From assembly GCF_000002075.1 (NCBI RefSeq), contig NW_004797499.1:32804-96803 (forward strand): a DNA stretch of 64,000 bases, read 5' to 3'. The notes below the pieces were generated by a model, which saw nothing but the letters and a program-made list of their open reading frames with translations, had not been told where the DNA came from and did no database searches. The position numbers and the translations under genes are program-made. Positions 1 to 12,155 of this stretch are shown here, piece by piece (within the stretch, counting starts at the first letter, position 1; each line of letters starts with the position of its first letter). This stretch comes from Aplysia californica. Lineage: Eukaryota.

Positions 1-182
1 CGCTGAAGTGTTTTAGCATATTAGCAGAAAGTACTCAAAATGTACTCATAAGTACTTTTTTAAAAAGTACTTGTACTCAAGTACATTTTACAGGAAAGTA
101 CTTTTACTGTACTAAGTACATTTTTTAGATTGTACTTAAATTTGTACTTAAGTACTTTTTTAAAAGTACTTTAACAGCTCTG
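1..182. mobile_element. end of non-autonomous DNA transposon (hAT-like MITE) with AAGTAC subterminal repeats
   Basis: many AAGTAC/GTACTT copies ending in ...aacagctctg; other end outside window. Confidence 0.5.
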
Positions 183-439
183 CTTGTGTGTGTGCGGAGG
201 TGGGGGGGAGAAGAAAAGGTATCTTTTGTTTTTGTGTGAGGGAATGTATCTTGTGTGTGTATGTGTGTGCCTGTGAGAGAGAGAGAGAGAGAGAGGTGCG
301 GATGTGTTTGTTTAAGATTAATTATTTTATATCTGAGTTGGGAGAGGAACAGAATACAGAAGTTTTAGAGTTCTCAAGGCTCATTCATTCATTCTCTAAA
401 AATGTTTTGTGTAAAACTTTCTCACATATATCTTGTCAG

Positions 440-558
440 GACATGATGGTTGCATCTCAGAGCCAGCACATCCAGCTGGAGAGGAAGGTGAAGGAACTGG
501 GCGCCCTGGAGAAGAAGTACCACAAGGCCAAGAAACTCATCAAGGACTACCAGCAGAG
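440..558 (+). CDS. neurabin exon, coiled coil (DMMVASQSQ...KAKKLIKDYQQR)
   Basis: ttgtcag|GAC ... AG|gtcggt, phase 0-2. Confidence 0.9.
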
Positions 559-3500
559 GTCGGTCACTGAGTTTATTGTGTGCAATAGAATCTGCTATAT
601 CAAACATGGCTCATCCAAAAATAGTAGAAAGACAAAAGAAAATAGAATACCCTATTTTGCTTTCTTTGCCGTTTGAGCAATGCTTCTAAACGAAAAATAA
701 AGCTAAACCCGAAGAAAATCCAGCAGTCTTGAAGATTTTGATTGAAGCAGATTTCATGGTACCTACTTATACATAGTGGATGATTGGTACAAATTACAAA
801 TTAATTGAGATTGTTTCTGAAAGTTCAGATTTAAAGATTGCAGAAACAGTTTACAGCATGTAATATACTTCAGCCTGTACGCATAGGCTATTAAAAATTG
901 ATATTTATCTAGATGGAAAGGATTAAGTTAGGTCCTTCATGTGACGGAATCTGCCCATGTTTGACATCAGTGTAAATATATACAAATTGTACTGAATTAC
1001 TTGTTGGTGTTTGGTGAGTGCTCTTGTGTGGTTTGCTCCTTCTTTCCTATCAAACATCATTTCGTCCTTATCTTTCCTCCTTTTTCTCTTTGTATGTTAC
1101 TCTCTTATAAGGCCTCTAATCTCCGACACTTGAATGGTGAACTATTTGTGTTGCATGTGCCGTCAAACTCTTACTAAAACTACACTATAACTCAACTGAA
1201 TTACTTTTTTGTGAGTGTTTGGAGGGCGCCACTAATAGGTCCTACTTCTTTACTTTCCCAGTGTCATTTCTGCCCTCTGTGTTGCTTTTTACCTGCGCTA
1301 AATGACCATGATTGTGTCGATGTGTTTCTGTTTTCATCAAAAGTTTTAAAATGTGGGTGGTTGACGGGTGCTTTGATGTGGTTTGCTACTTCTTTCCTAT
1401 CTAACATCTATCGTCCTGATCTCTCCTTTTTTAAAATGTTTATTACTCTCTTGTAACACCTCTAATCTTCGGCACTTATATGGCCTTATTGTGTTGCAAG
1501 TGCCATATAACTCTTACTAAAACTTTTTTTTTAACTAGAAAAACGGAACTTAAGAATGACTTTTGTATATATCGTGTTACAGGGAGAAAGATTTCATCCA
1601 AGAGCGGGAGTCGTTGTTTGAGCAGCAGGCAGAGAAGGACCAGCAGTACAACTCCTTGGTCAAGTCCCTCAAGGACAGGGTAGGTTTTCTGCTGCTTTGT
1701 TACTCTGGTAATTTTTTAAAGATTTGATTGTGAGTTGTTGGTGGGTGCTCTGGTGTGGTTTTCCTTCTTTCCTATCAAACATCTATCTTTCTTATCTCTC
1801 CTCCTACCTTTTTTGTGTTTGTCACTCTCTTGTAACACATGTATTCTTTGGCACTTGTATGATCTTATTGTCTTGCAAGTGCAGTAAAACTCTAAATAAA
1901 ACTAATCGAAAGGTTAGTCAGATATCAGATTTTATCTCTCTGCCTAAAATTGAAAAAGATTTGTTTTGATTGTGTATGTTTTCAGAGACCATCAATATTG
2001 CTCTTTTTATTACATCTATATAAGTCCTATCATCCAATTGTCCAAGTTTCTAATTTTTTTTGGTCTCCGTGTCCAGATCTTTACCCTGGAGAAGAACTTG
2101 ACCTCAGCCCAGAAGGAGGCGGGGCTACCCCAGGCCTTGCCAGCTGGCCCTGAGCCAGAGATCACCGTCACCTCGACCCCGCCCACCACACTGGTCAAGG
2201 CAACTCTCAATGGACTAGGTCAGTGACCATCTGTTTGGTTGAAGATTATGGATTGGGGCTATATAAATTCCCATTACTNNNNNNNNNNNNNNNNNNNNNN
2301 NNNNNNNNNNNNNNNNNNNNNNNNNNNNNNNNNNNNNNNNNNNNNNNNNNNNNNNNNNNNNNNNNNNNNNNNNNNNNNNNNNNNNNNNNNNNNNNNNNNN
2401 NNNNNNNNNNNNNNNNNNNNNNNNNNNNNATTATTACTATTAATATGATAATAGTTTGTCCTTCATAAATGGATGATGACCTGTAATATCCAAGAAGGAA
2501 GAGAAGTTAGAGAACTTGCTAGCTCTGCAATAACTTTTATGGTAAAGAGAGAAAAGTAATAGTAACAGTAATATATAGCAAGCAACTTGTCTAAGATTAT
2601 TTTTGTTTTAATTGCTGTTTTAATTGCAGAGAAGGAGGGTGATGTGCTGTCTGACGTGGTGTTTTGCTTTTACTTCTCTTTAGTGGTGCTGTATATCTGT
2701 TTGATTTGAAATTTGGCTTGTATTGTGCTGACTTTGCAGAAACTAACACCACTTCTGTAAATCATTGTGTCCACTCACACCCCCCCCCCCCCCCCTCCAC
2801 AGAGAACCATGTCAGTATATTTATATATCAATGTGTCAACGTTCACTCCGCCTACCCCCATGTTCAACCCCACCCTCCCTCCTTACTCCCTCAAAAGAAC
2901 CATGTCAGTATATTTATAAATCAATGTTTTCAATGTCCACCCCCATGAACCATGTCAGTATATTTATAAAGCCATGTGTCAATGTCCACCCTTCCCCTTT
3001 CCTCCCCCCAGAAGAACCTTTTCAGTATGTTTTTAAATCAATCTGTTGATGTCAACCCCTTTTGAGTACATCAATATATCATGTATCAATATGTCCCCCA
3101 CAGATGAGGAGCCGCTGTCTCCCCTGAACCAGTCCACGGAGGACGTGCTGGAGATTTCCATGTCCTCCGAGGTCTCCGATGCTCCGACTTCTCCTGGTAG
3201 GCCTCACCGTGCATGCCAATGTCTGTAATGCCGTTTGTTTATTTGTGTCTAGTTTTAATGCTTCCATAATTGATATTTAGTGGAAACAGATCTCTGAATG
3301 GATGAAGACAGCTGAAACAGAAACGTAGTTCTGGAAAAAATCACCAGCTGCTTTCTTTATTTTGCACTGAGAGTTAGAAATGCACACTGAAGTTTCCGTA
3401 ATGCCCCATGTAGTAAGATGCACAGTAAGTAAAGCCAGCCCCTAGGCTGCACTACAAAATTGTTTTTGAAAATGCCCGTCAGCAGTATCTGTAGTTCATG

Positions 3501-6500
3501 ACGTGTGGTATACAGAATGATGGGATAGCATCTGCCAAGGTCTTTTTTTTTTTAGAATCTCAAACTGCAGTGTTTTTCTTTGATTAGGAGATGAAAAGAT
3601 CTCTTCTCCTGACATGCCACGTGTGGAGTGGAAGGGTTATTAGTTATAAATATTCTACGTCATTCAAGTCATTGCTCAAGTAAAAGTAATGATGTTTTTG
3701 CGGCATTTTCAGGCTTCTTAAACTTCAGTTTGGCATAAATAATAATAATAATAATAATAATGATGATAATAATATATGACATTTATATAGCTCTCAACCC
3801 CAATTAAAGTACACAGGCTCTGAGCGCTTACAGTGTTTCACTCCAGGGCTAGTTTTCCTGACTTACTGTGTCTCTGAATATCTCTATTTCAGATGTGGAG
3901 GAGATGAGTGAACGAGAGACCTCAACGTCCCCGAGCCATGCCGCGGAGCCGGACAGCTCGGCCACATCTTCCCCTCTCTTCCCTAGGACAGTGGAAGAGA
4001 CGGAGGTCGTCAAGTAAGTGCCTCGGACGATAGACAGGGAGCCATGGCTAGCACATGGCTTGTCTTCTGGTGTCCCCCACTCTTTGTTTCTTACTGTCTA
4101 GTAAGTGGATGGTTGCAGGGTGCTCTGGTCTGGTGTCTATTTTCTCCCTATCAAACGTATTTCATCCATCTATCCTTTTCTTGGTATGGTACCCTCTAGT
4201 AAACATCTCAAGTTTTGTGCACTCATATGATCTCTATATATATTGGAAGCACAGTAAAACTGTTTCTAAAACTTAATTAAACTGACAAGGCCGTGCTAAA
4301 TCTGAACTTTCTGGAACTCTGCATACTTTAATTGAGTTTAGAAAATCATTTAATTTATCCGACATTGTTATATCTTAGATTTACTCTGTTGTCTCCCTCA
4401 GGTCAGATTTCGACTCTGTCAACGCCTCGCCCTTGTTGGACTCGACGGTGAGCAGAGACAAGGCCAACCTGGCGAGTGCTGGCAGCAACGCTAACAGACG
4501 GCCACCTTCGAAGAAGGCAGTGGTACGGAACAATGCTGGCTTCTTCTTTTTCGTTTCTTGTCTCTCTTATTCTCACTGTCTTGCTTGTCTGTGTTTGTGT
4601 GTCTATCCGTGTGGGTGTCTTTCTTTTGCTGTCTCTCTCTATATCTCTGTGTTGCTGTCTTTCACTCTCTCTCTCTCTCTCTTTGTTGCTGCCTTTCACT
4701 CTCTCTTTCCCAGTCTGCTGTATGATTGCTGCTACCCTCTTGTACTTTATCAAGAGAGCTATCAGCCTAATGTCCGTACATTTACGTATTCATTTGCCTC
4801 ACCTTGGTTGTACTGTACATTTGTTCAAATCTTTTTGAATTTGTGCTCATACATTCATCTCTCTTTGGCTGCAATGTAGGCTACATGCGTCCGAATATTT
4901 TTTAAATAGAGCTCTTCGTTTTCGTTCCTCTTGACTCTGCTATTATGTACATGGGTTTTTGAACTTTTTCATAGTTATGAACTTGTACACTACCCCCCGG
5001 GGCAGTGCCACTGACTGTAGTGTCTTTAGGCCATTCCCAAAGGGGGGACATTTCTCGTTCAAGCATAGTAGAATTGTAAATGGGCTGACTCATGTCACGC
5101 TCATAACTGTGCCTGATCTACAACAGGGAACTGCTGCTTTTTCTTTCCTGATCCTTACTATTATCATTTTCCTCTACTTCTTTGGTATGTTTGTCACTCT
5201 CTTGTGACCTGCTTTTTCCGGGGTGCCTTGATAGTCGAAGCAGACCTTGTGCTGTTGAAGCTAGAGAGGTGAGCAGTCTAAGTTTGATTCCCTGTAAAGA
5301 CTTCTCTGTTGACACCCACCTCTTGGCGCTCACATGACCTTATGCAGTTGCGAGCACCGTAAAACTCTCTACTATAAAAATATAAGAACTTGTACACTTA
5401 CATTCTACTCATCTCTCCTAGGCTCTCATATAATTCTCTTCCATCTTCTATGTCAGACCCAGGATTCCACCTCGGAGGACCAAGACTCAGCCAGTGTCCA
5501 GAGCGAGGTTACAGAAAACGGCAGTGTTCACAGCGGTCACCCGGACCAGACAGAATCCGGACTGGACATGTGGAACCGCCATGACAGGTCAGTACTGTAC
5601 ATAGTCACCGTTTTTTGTTTATATTTTCAAATTGTTAATGTTTTTTTTCTCCCCTCCCAAGGTCAGAGAGTGTCTTTTCAAGCAAGATTTATTACATGGC
5701 TGTTTTTTCGCAGACCTGTTGTATGCTGAAAAGGTAAAAATGTCAGTTATGAGTTAGCACACAATGGAGAGGATTCGTGTGTGAGTGTAAGTTGGAGAAT
5801 GGTGTTAGGGTTGTCTGTATGTTTTTGTCACATCTTTGTGTAAATGGCTTTTTTTTTCCAAAAGCAGTGTTAACGTAAGAACAATTGTTATTTACATTTT
5901 CATTTGAATTTCAGATATTTGTTTATTCCAATTCTTGCTGATGCCTTGTGGCTAGTATCTTTTTCGTGTCCTCCTGTGGTTTGATCTTTATGGAGGTATT
6001 ATGCTATCATTTCCGCTGCTTTACTATGAGGATGTGCTCTTTGACATTTGCCTTGCCACTGTGTGATGACTGTGGCTTTGATAGCACAGTGTTCTTTGTG
6101 CACATTGTCCTAAATAATTAGTTGGACTCACTTTCTGTTCACATTTATAGACAGAGGCAAAATTTTAAAGAGTCAAATATCTCTATAAAGACCGCTGAAG
6201 GAGCTGAGGGAAAATGCCATGACGTTCGGGAAAATGAGTGTAGCACTGAGCTGATTTACTTATGGGAGAGTTTCCCGAACTGTGTACATAAATCTGTTGA
6301 CGCTATATGTGACTACAGCATATATGTTATAATTTGTTCTTTAACGTGAAGTAGATTGTCAAAGTTATGACAATGAATTGTTTCTTTTCTTTATATCACC
6401 ACCATTTATGTAGAGCGTATACGTGAGTATTACTATCTGAGTGCCTAGTGTAGACCAAGATGTGTATACTTTTTCCGTGACCTTTCAGTTTTTTCCGCTG

Positions 6501-9500
6501 TGTTTTCATATATATATATACTGGTTGTTATAATTTTATTTCCTTAGTTTCCGTTGTATGTGCTGTCTATCGAAAATGGAAAATTCGTATTGATATATTC
6601 ATTTGTTCTTTCATCTTTTTGGGACTTTTACAGGTCAAAGGAAATAATTTAGTGATGTCGAAAGGCATTCTAGTTGATGTCGTTCTAATTGTGCGTTAGC
6701 TTTCAGAATTATTTTTGTTATATGGAGTGGTTTTGAATAGAAGAGAAGTCTTTTTTTTCTTGATGACCCTCCATTCATTTTGTTGTTTTGTCTTTTCGTG
6801 TCATATTTCACTTTCATATGATGAAAAAGATCTTCCCAGTGTTATGTATTCACTAAGTATTAAGAGACCCTATCATGGATGGGACTGGTGTGTTTTCCGC
6901 TCAGACTAAAATGAAAAAGGGTGGGTGGTTGACTGGTGTGGTTTGCTCCTTTTTGCTATCAGCAATCTGTCATCTTTATCTTTTCTCAATTTTTGGGGGT
7001 TTTTTGTTTTGTTCCTCTCTTGCAACACCTTTAATCTTTGGCACTCATATGACCTATTTCTGTTGCAAATGCTGTAAAACTCTTATTAAGACTAAAAGTA
7101 AAAGAAAGAACCTAAGCAGAAAGCAGACAATATATAGCCTTCTTGTTCATTTCCTTTCACTCTCCGTGTTGTCCAATAGAGTGCCTGCCTTTGTAAACAT
7201 GTGAGTAATTTTGTCCTTTACTGTATCCATTTTCTCTCTCATTTCTCGAGGTAGTTTGTAGATCTCTGAATGTTCCAGTCAAGCTGTTCTAAGTTCTGTG
7301 CTTCATCTTTTTTCAGTGGTCTTCACATTCGTCTTTTTTAAAAGTTATTTTGGTGTTTTGACTGGAGATTTCCTTCCAACCTGAAGACGATATTGTGTTA
7401 TATTGTGATTTAAGCAAATCTTAGTATGAATAAATAACAGGACTTAATAAAGAAAATGGAAAGTGCTTTGTCGCTGTCCCAAAGACATGACTTTTGTTTT
7501 ACAGCTTTCGGTTTTTGGGGTTTTTTTCTGTCTTCTTCCTGGCTCTTCCCCCACGGATACGCTGTTTGTCTAGACAATAGGCTTGTCTTTATGCCATTAT
7601 GTAGTGTCCCATGAAATGGTTTGTTTTTTATTTGTTTATTTATATGTGTTTCCTTTAATTGATTAATATTTTTATGTCATGGAGTAGATAAGACACAGCT
7701 TTTGTTGTATGTGTATTTATTACTTTTATTTCATTCCCCCTTCGACCTGTGGTATGTGGCGGTGTGTGTTATTAGGCGGACATGTGCCTATGTGTGTGTA
7801 CACGTCGTGTGAGCGTGTGTATGTTTTTGTGCATTTGCCTTCTTGTGTGAGTGTGCATTTGTGTTTTGTTTGTGTGTTTGTGAGTGAATGTATGTGTGTG
7901 TGCATGTGTGTGTGTATATGTATGTTTGTTTGTTTTTGTATTTGAAAGGAGAGAAAGACAAAAGTCCGTCCCTGCTTCTTGAATTCCGCTGGCGTTTGAC
8001 AAATGTCTGTCAATGTAGACGCACAGAACTCTGTTTTGAGGTAGATTCTCGTAATGTCTTGACTTGTGTTCAGTTCAGTAACACGGTTGTTTAGTTTTGT
8101 ACCGTTGGCCTATCTGTGATTGTTCATAATAAGTCTTTTCAGCCTACTAGTCTCTCATTTATTAATTTACTTTTGTTTGGTGATTTGTAAGTCCACACTT
8201 TGTCTTCTTCAGTCTTTGATTTATGATCCATGGTCAAAGTTTTTCTCCTTTTGCTTTATATGTTCCACAGCAAGCCATGTATTTCTTCAGCTTTTCTCTC
8301 TGAATGTGCTGATGGACATGTGGGGTTTTTTTCTTAAGAATTCCTCATCCTTCTTTAAATAAGACAAGACAGCGTTTGATTAAAATAAGCGGGTCGTTTT
8401 ATTTAGAGTACCTCATTCTTTTGAGAATGAAGTTAATTAAACTTAAATGCAGTTAATTAAACTTAAATATGTTTGCAAGTTTGTGGTACAATTTGTAAAG
8501 GACATGTTAACGATAATTTGTTCTCCTCATTTTGGATTATTGCTGTGTATTTTTTTTTTTATTCTGCCTGCTTCCTGTTTTGATTTTATGATAAAGGGAC
8601 ATTTAGTTCATCTTGACGTAACAATGTCTTTTTGGGAACACTTGTAAATACAGTAGTTTAATTTTTTTAAAGAAAGCTTTTATATCCTGTTTTTTTAAAA
8701 CCATACAAAAAAGGGTGTTTTTGGGGTGTGTGTACTAGAGTTGGTATTGTATTTATAAACTTTAATGTATCGAATGTTTTGCACATTATATCACTGTATA
8801 AATCAGACCTGTAACCATATATGTATTTATTTACTTTTGATTTTTCAGTCATTTTTCTCCTTCCCATTCGACTTTGTAATCTCTTGTCACTTTCACATTG
8901 CTCGCACGAAACTTCACTTGTTTCGCTCTCTCTTTTTTTGTTCCTCGCTAGCACCAGCGCACCCTCAGTGTGCTCTTTCCTTCAGCCTTACACGTCACTC
9001 CCGACTTATACTTGTAACCTCTGACCTGCTCATGTGTATCTCTATCTGGCACTACCAGCGACAGCACGGTCAGGAAGAGCGAGCTCAAAAAGAGAAAGCA
9101 AGCGCAACAGCAGCAGCTGTCCCCGGACAGCCAACGGGCTCTTCCTCCTCCTCCGCCCCTCCCCCCGTTGGCCACGCCTCCTTCCCCCAGTAGCCCCGCC
9201 CACCGCCCCACTCCCTCTGCGCGACCTCCAGTGGCCCCCAAACCCCAAAAGCTGTCCAGCCCGGCGCCGGCTAGGTAACCGTTTTGGCCCCCCAGTTCTT
9301 TTTGTATCTGCCTGGTTGTGTAGCTGTGTGTGTGCCAACAGCAGCTGGTGTTGTTTTCTTTCTTTTTCTCACACACGTTTTCATTTTTCACTGCATTCTT
9401 GTTGTGTTTTTTAATCCTTTTCATTTATTAATCCTTTCCTTTTTTGGGGAGGGGGGTGGGGCATTTACTTTTTGTTTAAGAAACAGGTGGGGAAAATGAA

Positions 9501-12093
9501 GCTAGATGTTGTTTCCTAAAGTACCATACTCAATAAGCTGTCAAATGTATGTATGATAGCACCACATTTTCTGCCAAAAGTCCCTGGCAAAATCGTAGTA
9601 TTCAGTCTTGTACAGGATTTCTTTTGACTGAACAGAGGCACATGCATAACAATTTCACCGCAGTGAGTTAATATTGCTCTGAAAAGTGTGACTTGTTTAT
9701 GAATGTATAAAACACTTTAGGGAACAGTGCATGGAGAGAAGAAACATCTTTTTTTTTCATATTTCAAACAATTGCTACGCTGATGTAGCACTGCGGAAGA
9801 TTTTTAGATGCTTCGCCAATCACCCTTTACAGAACCTACGGGATCAAAGAAGAAGAAATACAACAATATACTAAACACAGCTACCATGGCGATAGGCTTT
9901 GCTGGAGTTTTAAAATGATTTGGCCTATCATTTTCCATGTTCAAAATGGAATAGAATGCACACCTTTGTGTCTGATGCCTCTGCAAGTTCCAAATTCAAT
10001 CGGGCATTAAAACTTCCAATGTCTCAATCAATAATTCCCCGCGTGTACAATAAATCGGTTGTTTTGCTGTAGAAAACTTTCACTTGAAAAGTGGTTAAAT
10101 GAATGTCAAGGCAGTGGCTTATTTTCATTAGACTTGAGTCTTGTACAGTTTAGAACACGAGGGCAGAAGTTTGGGCAACAGTCTGTGAATGTTGTTTGTT
10201 TTGTTTAGACAGTACACGGGGCAATATGGTTGTCGCTAGTGATGTATGGAGTTGTTTCAAGTCATTGTCTTGTGACATTAACCAGGAATGCATTTTGTTC
10301 TCATCATTTACATACCGGTACGTTGTGTTCTGATGTGCCTTTCATTTAGTGGGGTTTATATTTATTTTGGGGAGGGGCCGGATGAGGGGGGATTTTTTTC
10401 TTTTTGTTGAAAACATTTTTTTCTTTCATCGTGTGCCTCGTTGTATGTAAATGATGGGTTGTTTTGTTTTTTAGATGCATTCGTAACCTAAGAGTTTTAT
10501 CTAGCTCTGTCATGGGTACCCCACCCCATGTTGGCCACATAGAGAGTGTAGACCTTGGGTGTGTGTAGTAGGTGAGCTCAGAATGGGAACCTTATGTAAA
10601 CCTTTACCGATCAATCTACCTCTGTTCAGTTTTCTTGGCAGCTGCTTCCCAGAAATTCCAGCCTTTTTTCTTTGATTTTTTTGTGTTTGCTATAGTAACA
10701 TTTCCGAGAAATTCCTGCCATTTTCCTTTAATTTTTTTGTGTTTGCTATAGTAACATTGTTACATTTCCAAGAAATTCCTGCCATTTTCCTTTGATTTTT
10801 TTGTATTTGCTATAGTAACATTTTATTGCTATCAGTGTCTTTTTCAGTTTTGAGATGTTTGCTATTTTGTGCAGGTGTTGTGTTGTATGTAATAGCTTGC
10901 TGTGTTGTTAATTGGTTGTTTTTTCACCTGTCCCATGCCGGTGATTCTTAAGTTTTCAGTGTTTCACTCACCCCAGTACTTATTTACTGACAAACCTATC
11001 CAACGTGACCACCCATTGTCGAGGAGAAATGTGATCATCTTAGACAGGTGGTCCTCTTAGACTGTGTCAGTATAAATATAGGAAATAACGCAGAGGGTAG
11101 GGGAGAGTGGGTGCTCTGGACATGTGGTCGTTGGTGCAGGTTTGATTATGATTGCTCAATCGTGTGCTTGTTTGTCTTTGTTGGGTTTTTATAAATTGGT
11201 TTTTGTTTTGTTTTGGGTTTTTTGTTTTATTATTTTTTTGTTGTTGTTGATATTTTCATTTTGTTTTTGCTTGGAAGGACAATTGGAGGAATGCATGTTA
11301 GGGACATTAAAAGAGGTGGAAATAGCTAGCAAACAAGCCTCAGTTTTTGTGGATTGTTCTGCTGCAACCAGTTTTAAAATCCGCCGCATTTCTTAATTCA
11401 GTATCATTCTGACCGGTGCTGTAATTTATCTTCTCCTTTTCAGGCTCTTTGTGCTACTGTCTGATCCATGATGCTATTTTTTCCTCTACCACCTAGTCTT
11501 GTTTGATCATGTTATTGATAAAGCAACCTCATTTGTTTTGGGCTCTGTCTCTCTGTATGAGTCTTGTTGAACAGAATGAAAAGCTCAAACTAAAAATAAT
11601 GGTTATCTTTAGCATGGCTTGGGCTCAAACTTCTACAGCCTTAGTGAGCCCAATCCCCATTAGATGAACAATAGAAAGAATTTTAAAAATAAACATTACT
11701 TCGCAAACTGTTCTGCCAACATGTCACATTGATTGACAACCAGAAACAGTGAAATATGGAAAGGAATCAATCCTTACCATGATATGTATTTTTGAAAGGA
11801 TTTTCTTTTGCCCTCCCTGAGGCATCTACATAAGACCACCCTGAGACCCCATGCACATTGGGAAAATTTCCTCTCGCTGCACATCTGCCAAATATGATGT
11901 CACTTGGGGATGGACAGATATGGGCGAGCGAAATTTTCCTCATCTGCATACTCACAGCTGTCTACGTAATGGGTGGAAATTTTCCTTATATTGTGTATAT
12001 GTGCGGTCTCAAGAAGTGTTTGGTATTGTCTGACATTTTCTATAGCTGTGCTTGTAACAAGAGAACAGTGAGAGTGAGTGTGTATGTGCGTGT

Positions 12094-12155
<62 letters not shown>

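Noticed and set aside
7949-8040. AG...GT-bounded segment in neurabin intron
   Set aside because: In-frame stop in the required phase and weak splice signals.
10650-10822. CRISPR-like repeat array
   Set aside because: Eukaryotic context; units are contiguous tandem copies with no unique spacers.
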